This document shows positions 24,371 to 37,429 of a DNA stretch of 64,000 nucleotides, in pieces. Numbering within the stretch: position 1 is the first letter of the stretch; every line of letters begins with the position of its first letter. Below the pieces are notes generated by a model. The model saw only the letters and a list, made by a program, of their open reading frames with translations. It had not been told where the DNA came from and did no database searches. The stretch comes from Callorhinchus milii (taxonomy: Eukaryota): NCBI RefSeq assembly GCF_018977255.1, contig NW_024704742.1, positions 10,604,001 through 10,668,000 on the forward strand. The letters run 5' to 3'. The translations under genes and the position numbers were made by a program.

Positions 24371-26186
24371 CACATTATCAAAAGCCTTCTGATGATCTAA
24401 CTCTAACATCAAGATACTGTATGTTGCTGCGTATTGTACGTTGTGCCTTTTACCTGAACCGGAAGAGGACAGAAAGTATTTAAATGGGATACCATCACAT
24501 AATGCATCATGTTACTGTAGGTTATTTTTTACAGAGCTAGCTCGCTTTTTAAACTAGTGACTTGAAGCAAGCAGGCTTTTGGATTTTTTTGTATCCATGC
24601 ATGAATCAGTTCTGTATATTTCAGCCTCTCCTCTGACACCGAAAAAAGATTGCAGTAATAAAGCCACTCGAACATTAAGATCCCTTTATTATTGCAATAT
24701 TAACCCACTAACATTGATTATAATTAAAATAAAACCCTTTACCCGTAGTTAAATTGTCACGCCTCGCTCCTTCAATATTCTCACATATTCCCTCTTTCCA
24801 GATTATGCTTGATTCTTTGCTTTTATCCTGCCCCTTTTTAACTTTTAATCTACTGCTTGTGAAAGAGTGGGTGAGGAGAAGGTTCCTGTTGTTGTAGGTG
24901 CAAAGCCACAAGGAGATTGTGTAAGAGAGTACAGTTCCATGACTCACAGTGTAATTACACGTTCATACCTTTTAATTACATCGTTCAAAACAAAATGCTA
25001 AGTGTTGCTCAATACCAGCTATTTGACTGGATATTTCAGATCCAGAGATCAGGCTGTCCACCAACATATGAACATGCCCGAGGTCTGGCAAACCTCAAGC
25101 AAGAGGACCTGGGTTTGATTCCCGGCAAGGTGAAACATTGGGCAACTTCATAGTATACTCTGTGAAGCACTTTGAGATGTCTTGAAGACGCGATAAGGCG
25201 CTATATCAAATCGAAGGATTGTTATTATTATTATGCTTACAGCTTATGAAATTGATGGTGATATCAATATCTTGCCAACCAGAGATTGTTCAACTCATCT
25301 TTCTCTCTTGAATGTGCTACCACTTGGCAGGATGCAATACCACTGACATTTTGCATCCGTAGTTTACTTTCTGTAGATCTTGTGCCCACCACCTGTGCGT
25401 TTGTGTCTGTAATGAAGCAAAACAAATCTTTGGCTTCTCTTACAAATGTATGTATTGACTCTCCGAAGCTAGAAAGGTTGTGATCCTCCCTTTGGGTTAC
25501 TCATGGAGTTCATTGTAGCCACAGATTCCACCCCTTCTCGAGCACATCTGCAGCTTCCACACTGCACAATGTTGGTCGTGGAAGAGAACTGAAGTCCTGA
25601 TAAAGAATACTTAGCCACCAGTAATAGGGAGAGATGCAAACAGTGGCAAGAGCAGGCGTGCAAGACACTGGGTTTGGACTGATTGTATTGTATCTGTGCG
25701 CAATTGGCTGCTGCGTTTCGCCCACAAAAATGTACAGTCAATTCACTTTACAGTATACCCTGAGAAGCGCTTTGAGACGTCTTGAAGACGTGATAAGGCG
25801 CTATATCGAATGCAAGGATTATTATTAGTAGTATTATTTCACAGCATCTCCTTGCTCTGCAGTTAATTTGCCCTCTCTGAATATCACAATGCATTAATCG
25901 TGGAATGTGGTTGCAGCAGAACTCTACAGTTATTGCCTGGGACATTGTGGCCGCACAGCCTAAGTGCAAAAACTTTATTGTATTGTTGTGCTGTTGTGGG
26001 ATACAGGGGAGGATGTTTCAGGGTGCGTAAATAACGTATATTGTCTCTGCTTATATGTTGCTGCAACTTTTGTCACCTTCATTTTATTCTGGATGTAATT
26101 TGCTACATTCTCTCCAAGTAAAGTGGAGCAGGCCTTGGGAAGGAGACACTACACATTGCAACCACATAAGTCATATAGCTGAAGCA

Positions 26187-26501
26187 GGAGTCCTGTAGCT
26201 CAGTGGTTAGAGCATTCACCTTGCAAGCGAGAGACCTGGGTTCGATTCCCGGCAGGGTGAAACCTTGGGCAACTTTCTTTACTCCACACCCCGATAATAA
26301 TACCTCAAGAAAAAAAACAATAATAAAATTGGTCACTTCAATCTACGACTGTTTGTGGGACACTACTGTGCACAATTGGCTTCCGCGTTTCGCCTACAAG
26401 TATATAGTCAATTCACTTTACAGTATATTCTGTGAAGCGCTTTGAGACGTCTAGAAGATATGAAAAGCGCAAAAAGCATCAAATGCAAGGATTATTATTA
26501 T
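26187..26501 (+). mobile_element. tRNA-Ala-headed SINE, short form (TAGAA loop)
   Basis: Full head with GGTTCGATTCCC B box; tail GAGACGTCTAGAAGATATGAAAAGCGC. Confidence 0.92.
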
Positions 26502-26787
26502 CAAATATTGCCTTGTCTGCTTGCAATGGCTGAGCTAATTATCACAATTTAATGCTTCACCTCGGAAAATCCTTGTTTATTGCCTGGGAAGAGCACACAG
26601 AGTTTTGCTTTGCTCTTCAGATCATAGCCAGAAAATAAATACCTTTTTTCAAAAAATTGTTAAAAACCGCTCTCATTTAAAATGAAAGAAAATGGCAGCT
26701 GGTAGATCTGTACAGCTCCACATGGGAAATTTGGCCACTCTCCCGCAGGGGTGTCTAGTTATCAAACACCAAATTGTGGCAGTAATA

Positions 26788-27112
26788 TTAATAATAATCC
26801 TTGAATTTGATATAGCGCCTTAACACATCTTTAAGATGTCTCAAAGCGCTTCACAAAATATACTGTAAAGTGAATTCACTGTATATTTTGTAGGCAAAAC
26901 GTGGCAGCCAATTGCGCATAGCAGTGTCCCACAAACAGTTGTGGATTGAGTGACTAATTTATTTTTATTTTTTGCAGGAATTATTATGCTCAGAAAAGCG
27001 ATCCGCTAAACAACTAATGACTGGGTTCCTACTTACTACTACGTAAACAGAGACATGTGGGGTAAGGAAACTTACCCAACGTTTCGCCCTGCCGGGAATT
27101 GAACCTGGGTCT
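26788..27112 (-). mobile_element. tRNA-Ala-headed SINE, long form
   Basis: Reverse complement of tail, body and internal segment up to the B box. Confidence 0.88.
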
Positions 27113-27459
27113 TATCACACAATAATTATGATATCAAATCCTAATAAGGTCACAAATGTATTTATCCTATATTAAACACAGGAGAAATTAAATTCCACTT
27201 GGGTCGAGATTTACAACAGTAACTTGCGTTTATGTGTTCATGGGGTAGCATCTCAGAGCGCTTAACAGTGGTGGAGCCTGATGCCGAGCCAGGTGGAGGG
27301 GGTAGGTTACCATAGAGGAAGTCAAAGGTAAATATACCTTAGGCTTGATGTGAAGATGGGCAAAGAGGGGAATTTAGTCTATTAACATAGCATCTCCAGA
27401 TTGCTATGTTAATAGAATATCATAGATTGTCCACATTGTTGAATTCAGCCTTCACCAAT

Positions 27460-28110
27460 AACAACAACAACTTGCGCCCCTCACGCAGGGCAGTGTCCCT
27501 GAGCGCTTGACAGTGGTGGAGCACGATGCCAAGCTGGGGGGAGGGGGGAGGGGACCATAGGCACGGTTGAATAGGAAGGAAGGAAGGAAGGGTCAAGGTG
27601 AAAAGATAGAGGAAGAGTGTTCCAGAGTTTTGGAGCTTAGTGGCTGAATAAACAACAACAAAACAACAACAAAATTATTCTTGTAAAGCGCCTTTCACGT
27701 CGGGTTGACGTCCCAAGGCACTGAACAGTCAGATATCAGGACCAGATCATGGGGCGGGCAGGGTTGGGATGAGGGAGGGCAGAGGGGGTAGGAGAGTGGC
27801 TGAAGGAGGCTCTTGAGTCATGCCTAGAAGGAGGCAAGGGAGGGAGCAAGGCGAAGGGATTGTGGGTGGGGGCAGAGAGGCTGAAAGCAAGGGCGCCGAT
27901 GATAGGGCGGGTCAGGTGGGAGACCTGGAGCAGGCCGGAGTCTGCTGAGTGGAGGGAGTGGACAGGTTAATTGGGGGGTCATCAGGTCAGAGTGGTTGGA
28001 GGGGGCAAGGCCATGGATGGCCTTGAAAGTGAGGGCGAGGATTTTGAATTCTATCCTCTGAGGGATGGGGAGCCAGTGGAGCTGGGCAAGGGTGGGGTTC
28101 ATGGGTCACA
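27460..28110 (-). mobile_element. Two adjacent L2 3' fragments (B-like 27460-27650, A 27650-28110)
   Basis: ORF 27824-28102 LAQLHWLPIPQRIEFKILALTFKAIHGLAP; two (CAA)n tails. Confidence 0.85.
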
Positions 28111-29092
28111 GTACTTAAAAGAAGCTTACAGAAAATCAGCTTCAAAATGAAGACAGTACTCAAAAGGTTTATTAAATTTTATATACTCTGAAATGCTTTG
28201 TTAATAGAGTAAATTCTAGACCCTAGGTGGAATCTTATTCCCCGGGGGCCTAAGATGACATACAAATGTGGCCTGGACCACGCTTGTATATAAAAACTGA
28301 AAGCAAATGTGGGCACAGTCTTAATTCATTCAGGATTGAGAAATATGTGACTTGTGATTTTACGATTGCGTCCAAACCGCAGAGGATCATGGTGTGTGAG
28401 ACGATTACAGAGAAAGAGCTACAGACAAGGCCTTTCAGCTGTTCTCCCTCCGGGCAAAACAATTGCTCCATAATTTCACTTCCTGGAGCTTCTTCATTGT
28501 GGCCGAGCAAACACAATTTGTTAAGACCACAACATATGTTCAAATACAGCCACACATACTAATCATCCTTTTGTAAACATAGAAAAAGCTGCCCTGAGAA
28601 AGGGGATTTACTACTTAAAAACAAATCGAAATGATGGTTTGAAATGTCAAGTACACAGTTTTCAAAATGACAATGAACGTGTTACAAGAAGAAAACATTC
28701 ATTTGTTTAGCGGTGTAACCATCTATTAACCTAAACTCGCAGCCATTGACCAAAAGGTGTGCAATCCAAATCGATTTTTGAAAGTCTGTGTCATTCATTT
28801 CAAAGTAGCAGACTTAGGTACTGAGAGCTGGCTGCCTTCTGAAAAAGACAGTGGAGGAATTTAGAGAAAAAAAGGGCAATGTCTTTAAGTACACAAAATC
28901 GTTCAGTGTTTATGATCTGGAATTTGATGAGGCAGTTATGTAACACAGTCTGTGCTGATTTGATGCAATTTTTGTGTTGAACAGGGGTGAATGTTGCCAT
29001 ATTGACAGTGCGGAGAAAATACAGTAACTCTTAGGATGTAGGAACTTTACAAATGGGAAGTTCAAGCTTTCAGGCGGTCTGTGGATCATTTT

Positions 29093-29295
29093 TAATAATA
29101 ATAATTCTTGTACACGCCTTATCACATCATTGAGATATCTCAAAACATTTTCCAAAATATAGTGAATTGTGGGCAAAACACGGCAGCCAATTGTGCACAG
29201 CATTGTCCCACAAACAGTAAGTGAATTGAATGACCTAATTTTTTTGAGGGATTATTACCCCTGGAAAGCAATCTGCCAATCAACTAACAACCGAT
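29093..29295 (-). mobile_element. tRNA-Ala SINE 3' portion, long form
   Basis: Reverse complement of tail and body. Confidence 0.8.
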
Positions 29296-29529
29296 TTTAA
29301 ACATTTATCATGTTTATTAACATTTAGAATTCAAATAAGAACTGCCAAGCCCTTAGTAACATTTACACAAACAAGCATTTGGGCATGAGTTAATGGACAC
29401 AGAAACTTGTGTGTATGAATGTGTTTTCTCACGATGTGAAAAGCGCGATATAAATGTAAATTTCTATTGTTTGGGGTTCAGCTGTGATGTCTCTCCATGG
29501 TGCAATAGCGTGATAACACATGAAAAATA

Positions 29530-31470
29530 GCTATTTGAGTGGGAGACAACATGACAAATAATGCTGCACAGGCTGCAATAGTGCTAAATAATTTTTTTGC
29601 ATCAGTCTTTACCAAGGAGGAGACGGGTAACCTATCTGATCTGGAAAGAGAACTCAAGGATGTTGCAGGGAAAAGTTGCAACACTATTCATATCACTACC
29701 AACATGGTTGCCCAACAGCTGTGAAAAATTAAGGTAAATAAATCTCAGGGGCCAGATAAATGGCATCCGAGGATCCTTAAAGAACTAAGAGAGGAAGTCG
29801 CAGAAACACTGGCACACATCTTTCAAAAATCACTGAATACTGGAGAGGTGCCGGGAAACTGTAGAAAGGCAGATGTTATTCATATTTTTAAGAAAGTTAA
29901 CAAAAGTGACCCAGGAAATCACAGACCAGTAAATTTGACGTCCATTGTGGGTAAAATTATGGAGACTCTTGTTAAAGATAAAGTCATGAAGCATCTGGAC
30001 AGAAATAAAATCACAAATGATAGCCAATGAAGGGAAGGTCTTGCCAATCTAATTTACTGGCTTTCTTTGATGGTGTAACAAGGAGCTTGATAAGGGTAAG
30101 GCTGTGGATGTTGTATATCTGGATTTCAGTAAGGCCTTTGATACAGTTCCTCTTGAGAGGCTGGTACTGAAAGTAAAGAAACCGGGAATCAGTGGAGGTA
30201 TATTACAGTGGACACTCAATTGATTGACCCGAAACTTGACCGGTCATTCCCTATACCACCACCAGAGGGTGGTGGTACAGGGAATTTCATCCAACTGGGA
30301 AAATGTTACCAATGGAATTTCACAACGGTCTGTTTTGGGACATTTTTTGTTTAATATTTTTATAGAACCATCTGGAACTAGGAATCACAAGCACAGTGGC
30401 TAAGTTTACAGATCACACCAAGCTAATGAAGGTGATAGATTGCGAAGCTGAACAGGATAGATTACAGGAGGATTTGAACATGCTTGGGAATTGGGCAGAT
30501 TGGTGGTAGAAGAAATTCAATGTGGAGAAATGTAAATGTAAAGTATGGGGACAAAAAATCCTGAAAGGGACTATACTATTTGAATGGAAGGAAAATATTA
30601 TGTATGGAAAATGAAAAGGACTTGGGGGTCCTGCTTGACAATAAATTGAAGCTCTCCCAACAACGCTCTGTGGCAGTGAGTAAAGTAAACCAGATGTTGG
30701 GATGTATCAAAAGATCAATAGGAAGCTGACATAGTGGAGTAATCCTACCACTGTATAAATCATTGGTGAAACCATACTTAGAGTATTGTGTACAGTTCTG
30801 GTCACTGCAGTACAAAAAGGATATTGGAGAAATTGAAAAGATACAGAGGAGGGCAACCAAATGATTGAGGGAATGGAAGAACTGGACTATGAGGAGTGAC
30901 TAAGTAAATTGGGCATGTTCACGCTGGAAAACAGAAGATTGAGAGGCGACATGATTTATGTCTTTAAAATTCTAAAGGGGCAAGACAATATAGATCATGA
31001 TAGGCTGTTTCAACTTATCCAGAATCGTAAAACCAGAGGACATGGCCATGGCTTCACCTCCCCTCTCGACTCTCTACCCCCTCATCGCTCCCTCCCTCCC
31101 CTCACCCTGACCATTTCCCCCCTGCTCGGATCCCGACCCAACTGTCCAGCGCCTTGGGACGTCCTCCCGACATGAAAGACACTCTATAAATGCAATCTTG
31201 TTGTTGTTGAAGGGGACAAATTCAGAATTAATCTCCACAAACACTATTTGAGTGAGCCAATAGTGAACTAATGAACAGGCTCCCTGGATAAATGGTTGAA
31301 GCAGGAAGTGTTGATTCTTTCAAACACAGATTAGATAGATTTCTTTTAGGAACTAATATTATAGGATATAGTACATAGGTAGTTTGGGACATATGTGCAT
31401 GCGACTGTCAGGAAGGTGGAAGACGAATTAGATGGACCTTGGTCTTTTATCATTTAGCATTTCTTAGGTT
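29530..31470 (+). mobile_element. CR1 LINE ORF2 (RT and C-terminus, many stops) with a nested L2 tail
   Basis: LNNFFASVFTKE, PGNHRPVNLTSIVGK, YLDFSKAFDTVP, LENRRLRGDMIYVFKI..TRGH; resumes after 31210 with KGDKFRIN. Confidence 0.92.
31050..31210 (+). mobile_element. L2 3' tail (subfamily A) nested in CR1
   Basis: GCGCCTTGGGACGTCCTCCCGACATGAAAG..(TTG)n between CR1 TRGH and KGDKFR codons. Confidence 0.85.
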
Positions 31471-32179
31471 CTTATGAGTGTTGCCCATGGAAATTCACCC
31501 CAACATCAGTGAGTACTTTCAGGAGATGAAACAACCAGCACAGTAAATAAGCCTGGATGTTCTGGATATGATTTTCCGGGGCTACGAGCAAAAGCTTACG
31601 GCTCAGTCCACAACATGGCCACGCAAACGTGGTTTGCTTCTGTATTGAGAACATCCCTTGGTTCACGGTTATATTCAGAGAAAGGGAGAACCATAAATCT
31701 TAATTGTAACTTGATCTCCCAGTAAAATTACAGTCTGTGATTCTTTTAAACTAGCTCTGAGGTATTTCTGAACAGATGGTAAATGACTGGAGGGAGATGC
31801 AATTGTTTCATTTGCACGTTTTCTTTATAACGGTAGTGAAATAGATCCGTGTTTTTAATTTCATCTCCTGAACGTGACTCGCTGTTAAATGAGTAAACTT
31901 GAGAAGCATCATTAATTAGCACAGAATGAAATAGAATGTTTCGTAAATCTCTGCTGCCAAAGGTACAATTGAAGAGGAGATGAGATGCTTAATGCACAAT
32001 AAAACCTGGGGTTACAAACTATTGCCATCTGAGAATCATAGATTCAAATCTATTTCATGCTAAAGATTAATATTTATGCCCATGTTAATCATGTATTTGT
32101 GTTGCTGCTCTTCAGACTCATCTCATTTGGACAGAGGAATTCTCTGAAATGATGAGTTTTTGAGACGTTTCATCTGGAG

Positions 32180-32430
32180 TGTTGAGTTTCTCTGTCCCCA
32201 CCCTCTGGAACTCCATCCCACAGTCCTTCCATGTCACCCCCTCCCTTGCCACCTTCAAGAACCATCTCAAGACCCTCCACTTCGACCGTGCTTTCAATCA
32301 CCCTCCTTCCCCCCTCTACCCTCCCCAATCCCGACCCCCAGCTCGGGTCCAAAACACTGACTGTCCAGCGTCTTGAGACATCCTCCCAATGTGAAAGGCG
32401 GTTTACAAATGTAATATTGTTGTTTGTTTG
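32180..32430 (+). mobile_element. L2 3' fragment (subfamily A)
   Basis: [21 protein letters not shown]; stem-loop tail. Confidence 0.85.
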
Positions 32431-32506
32431 TGTGTGTATGTGTGTGGTGTAGTATGCTGCTGCTACATGGAGAATCCAACAAGACAACTTTGGAATTTGT
32501 TCATTA

Positions 32507-32826
32507 AGTTCTATAGCTCAGTGGTTAGAGCACTCGCCTCGCAAGCGAGAGATCTGGGATTGTTTCCCGACTGGGTGAAATGTTGGGCAAGTTTCCTTAT
32601 TCCACATGCATCTGTTTACTTAGCAGTAAATAGGAAGCCAGTTGGTAGATGAATGGCCGATCGCTTTTACGGGGGGAATAATTCCTTCAAAAAAAATTGG
32701 TCACTTCAATCCACAACTGTTTGTGGGACACCACTGTGTGTAATTGGCTGCCTCGTTTTGCTCACATATATGGTCAATTCACTTTACAGTATATTCTGTG
32801 AAGCGCTTTGAGACGTCTCGAAGATG
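32507..32826 (+). mobile_element. tRNA-Ala(CGC)-headed SINE, long form
   Basis: Anticodon arm CTCGC-CTCGCAA-GCGAG; TCGAA loop; tail end missing. Confidence 0.88.
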
Positions 32827-33419
32827 AATGCTGGGGTTGTTTATTGGTGAAAAGTAATAGTGCAAGGGAATAACTTTCAATATGAGGTGAGGTAATTATT
32901 TGTTACATGAGGAATTGCTCAGGATAACACAGAGGTTTACATGTGGACACATTCTGGCTGTGCACAGAAAGACATGGCTGGGAATTGTTTTTAATAATCG
33001 AATCCCCAAATAACATCTGTTGTTTATTACCTGCACAAAGGGTGCTTGAAAAGGGGTAATTTACCTGTTAAGCACTTTTGATTTGATTTGCCCTCGCCTG
33101 ATCTGGGCTGGGGGGAGTACAATCTTGGTCCCTCTTTGATGGGTTAAATCGAGAAAATAAATGTTAAACACAAATCAAGTTACTAACTGCTCTGGGGATA
33201 CCAACTTATCTCACTTGAAATTCCAAGACTGCAGCTATCCCGTGCATGTGGTTGTTAAACAATTCCCACATTCTGTTCCTGTGATAATTAGTGGCAGAGA
33301 TAGTTAATAAGTGTCACAATTAACACTGTGTTAAATAGAGAGGCACAACTGTACCTTCAGTTAAGAGAAATTTCCATCTGTGTGTAAGTAGCACTAAAAA
33401 GCCTCTATTATCATCTTGT

Positions 33420-33615
33420 GGAGTCCTGTAGCATATAATAATTTGGTAACTTGAATCGACGACTGTTTGTGGGACACTGCTGTGCTCAATTGGCTGCAGA
33501 GTTTCACCCACAAAATTTACAGTCAATTCACTTTACAGTATATTCTGTGAAGCGCTTTGAGATGTCTCAAACATGTGATAAGGCGCTGTATCAAATGCAA
33601 GGATTATTATTATTA
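33420..33615 (+). mobile_element. tRNA-Ala SINE with a large internal deletion
   Basis: GGAGTCCTGTAGC joined almost directly to body and tail. Confidence 0.8.
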
Positions 33616-33859
33616 ATATTGGTAGGATCAAGTCTGACTTTTACACTGACATAGCCTCCTGATCATGTGTATTAACATCCCCGTGTAAATTTGGTCACAG
33701 GTTGGCCACAGGATATTCAGAAAGTGGAATTCCTTTTGCGAACATTTTTCATAGCTGTAACCCAACTGTATCACAGGACATAGGTGGTGACTTTAGAGCT
33801 TGTACCTACTCTCGCAGGTTTGCCATTTATGGGCACTCCAGACAAGACTGCAAGTAACC

Positions 33860-34207
33860 GTACTCCCTGCGCTCGGCGGGCACTGACCTGCTTCATTATC
33901 CACCCCACCCCGTCTGTCCGTCTGTGGTTGGGCCTTCAGCCGTTTTGCTCCCAGTCTCTAAAGCTCCATCACAGAATCCCTTACACCTCGCCCCCTATCC
34001 TTGCCTCCTTCAAGGCCTATCTCAAGACCTTCTTGTTTGACTGTGTTATCGTCGCCGCCCTACCCCCCACTTGACCTCCACCATTCTTAATTCAAACCCC
34101 CAGGTCAGGTGGAAACCGTGGACTGTCCAGCACCTTGGAACATCATCCCGATAACCCGATTTATGAAGCCCAAAAGGCGCTATACAAATGGAGTTTGTCG
34201 TTGTTGC
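33860..34207 (+). mobile_element. L2 3' fragment
   Basis: LASFKAYLKTFLFD; GGACTGTCCAGCACCTTGG..GGCGCTATACAAATG..TTGTTG. Confidence 0.75.
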
Positions 34208-34533
34208 AATTTCGACAACTATTTGCAGTAATTCCACATTCCTGCTTGTGGTGATAGTTCTCAATTTATTCTCTGCTGTGACTGACTTTCTGATCAGTGC
34301 AAACGGTCTGTCTGATGACTCTGTCAAAGCTATTCGTAATTTTGGAAACCTCCAATATATTCCCTTTCACTTTTTGCGCTTCAGTGTAATGTGGTCCAAC
34401 AGTCAGAGACCTGACATCTGTCACTCGGCCCTTATGAAGCTGTTGAACACCTGTTGTTGTGCTGAGGGTTTGAGGGAATAGGTTTGGTATTTTGTCAAAA
34501 CCTGAAGGAAACCTCTGATTCCGATCTCAGACA

Positions 34534-34894
34534 GGAGTGGGGGGGGGGGGGGGGAGTGGGGGGGAGGGAGGGGGAGTGGGGGGGGGGGGAGTGGGGGGGA
34601 GGGGGAGTGGGGGGGGAGGGGAGGGGGGAGTGGGGGGGGGGGGGGGGGGGGGAGGGGGAGTGAGGGGGGGGGGAGGGGAGTGGGGGGGGAGGGGAGTGGG
34701 GGGGGGAGGGGGAGTGGGGGGGGGAGGGGGAGTGGGGGAGGGGAGGGGGAGTGGGGGGGGAGGGAGGGGGAGTGGGGGGAGGGGAGGGGGAGTGGGGGGG
34801 GGGGGGGAGTGGGGGGGGGGGGGGGGGGGAGTGGGGGGGGGAGGGGGGGGAGGGGAGTGGGGGGGAGGGGGAGGAGGGGGGGAGGGAGGAGTGG
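34534..34894 (+). repeat. G-rich, C-free low-complexity minisatellite (about GGGGGAGTGGGGGGGA)n
   Basis: About 360 bp of G-runs broken by A or AGT; no cytosine on the + strand. Confidence 0.95.
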
Positions 34895-37429
34895 TGTCTT
34901 TATAAAGAAATGATGTTAATCAAGATTCAATGCACCATCATTCCTCATGAGGGTACAGTTTTTAAATACCTGACCCTTTACATTCATTGTACTGTACAAT
35001 AATTAGGGATATGGATTTCCTTTGGCACCTCGCCTTACCTCACTACCAGAACATCTGCAGTGAGACTGTGGAGTCTGCCTGCTGTCTGAAAAATAGAGTA
35101 AGTTTACAGATGGGCAAAATTCTCAAACCAGATTCTTGTTCACGTGAAATATTTCTCCCACCCCTCAATTTTTAATTTTTTTTAATTCACACTGCTCTCA
35201 CAAAAGTTCAGTTAGAAATGAATGAAGATAGATTTGTCAAGCATGTTATTGTTTTGGTTGTATAATTTCTCTTCTTGCTCCTTTTTCCTGAAACCTGTGG
35301 TGATGTACTTGTTCAAGCTGCTGTTCTTGCTTGAGCCTGGACAGCATCAAGCCAAGAATATTGTCCCCAGATCTGCTGGAAACTAAATATACCTTTGACC
35401 TAACTCTGGATCAATTGAGCCGTGTGGGGTCTATTTTCAAGATCCTGTCTGAATTTCTTGAATTTTGTTAATCTCATTGCCTCCCTTCATCTCCTCATTT
35501 TGTTGCCTCTGTCCACACAGTGAGGGTTTAATAATAATAATCTTTTGCATTTGGTATAGACGTGATTTATCATGTCATTGAGACATTTTGAAATACTTCA
35601 CAGAAGTGAAAATTTATTTTGTCCTGGATTATAGTCTCTAGAAGTTTCCCCACTACTGACATTAGGCTGACTGACCTGTAGTTCTTGGTTTATCCTTCTG
35701 CCCCTTTTTGTACAGGTGAGTAACATTTGCAACCTTCCAGTCCTCTGGCACCACCCTGGTGTCCAAGGATGATTGAAAGATTATGGCCAGAGCCTCCGTT
35801 ATTTCCACCCTTACTTCCCTCAGTAACCTAGGAGGCATCCTGTCCGGACCAGGTGACTTATCTACCTTGAACACTGACAACCTTTTAAGTACCTCCTCTC
35901 AATTTATTCTTACCTTATCCAATTTCTCTACCCTCTCCTCTGATACTGTGGCATTGGCTGCATCCTCTTCTTTTGTGAAGACAGATGCAAAGTACTCATT
36001 CAGTATGTCAGCTATGCCTTCAGCCTCCACAAGAAGATTTCCTCTTTGGTTCCTAATTGGACCTACCCTACCTTTGACTAACTTCTTATAAGATACCTTA
36101 GGGTTCCATTTTATGTTATCTGCTAATCTTTTCTCATATAAACTCTTTGCCCCTCTTATATCCTTTTTCAGTTCTCTTCTGTACTTTCTATATTCTATTT
36201 GATTATCTTCTGTATTTTGGACCTGACTTTTATTATAAGCCTCTTTTTTCTGTTTTATTTTAATCCCAATTTCCTTACTGATCCAGGGAGGTTTGGATGG
36301 CCCTATCCCCTACCTTTCCCCTTTGTAGGAATTTGTTCTGTCGTTGAACTATCTCCTCCTTGAAGGCTTCCCATTGCTTGTTAGCTGTTTACCGGCCCAT
36401 CTTCCTTTCCAGTCCACCTTGGCTAGATCCCTTTTCAACTCACTGAAATTAGCCCTCTTCCAGTTGAATATCTTCACCTTTGATTGTTCCTTGTCCCTTT
36501 CTATAAGTACTCTAAACCTATGATGTTGTGATCACTTGTTCAGATGCTCTCCTACTGAAGCCTGCTCAATTTGCCCCACTTCATGTCCCACTGCTTCCTT
36601 CCTCGTTGGGCTGGAAACATACTAATCCAGAAAGTTATCCTGCACACATTTCAGGAATCCTTCCCCTTCTTGCCCATTACACTCTCATTTTGCTACTCTA
36701 TGTTAGGATAATTGAAGTCCCCTATTATCACTACTGTATTGGTTTTGCTTCTTTCTGAAATCTGCTTGCAGATTTGCTCATCTATCTCCTTCCCACTATT
36801 TGGTGGTCTACAGTAAATACTTAACAGAGTAACAGCTCCTTTTCTGCTCCTTAACTCTAACCAAATAGATTCTGTTTTGGGACCCTCTCACACATTGTCC
36901 CTTTCCAGGGCTGTAACCATATCTTTAATCAATATTGCAACACCCCACTCCTTTTTTTCCTTCCCTATCCCTTCTGAATACATTGTTGCCAGGAATATTC
37001 AACTCCTATTCCTGTCCTTGTTTGAGCCAGGTCTCCATTATTGCCACTACATCATACCCCATGTGGCAACTTGAGTGTGCAGCTCACCAATCTTATTTGT
37101 TACACTCCATGCATTTACGCACATGCACTCCCAGACCGACTTCTGCATTTCTCCCCCATTTAATCCCTCCTTTTTCTGGATTATTCCTGATTACATTGCT
37201 ATTTGTCTCTCCCAGCCCTCTATGTTATCTGTTCTCTCTAATGCTACATCCTGATTCCCTTCCCCCCTCAAAATTAGTTAAAACCTTTCCCTACAACACT
37301 AGTTAACTACCCTGTGAGGACATTGGTCCCAGCCCTGTTCAGGTGTAACCCTTGTACAGGTCCCACCTGCCCAAGAACTGGTCCCAATGATCCAGGAACC
37401 TGAATCCCTCCTTTCTGCACCATTTCCAA

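Noticed and set aside
24400..24480. Minus-strand polypyrimidine acceptor (CTTTCTGTCCTCTTCCGGTTCAG)
   Set aside because: No convincing donor or recognisable peptide; adjoins a CR1 fragment
25469..25610. Possible minus-strand exon after TTCTTTATCAG
   Set aside because: No recognisable protein in any frame and a weak donor
34537..35002. Glycine-rich ORFs
   Set aside because: By-product of the stop-free G tract
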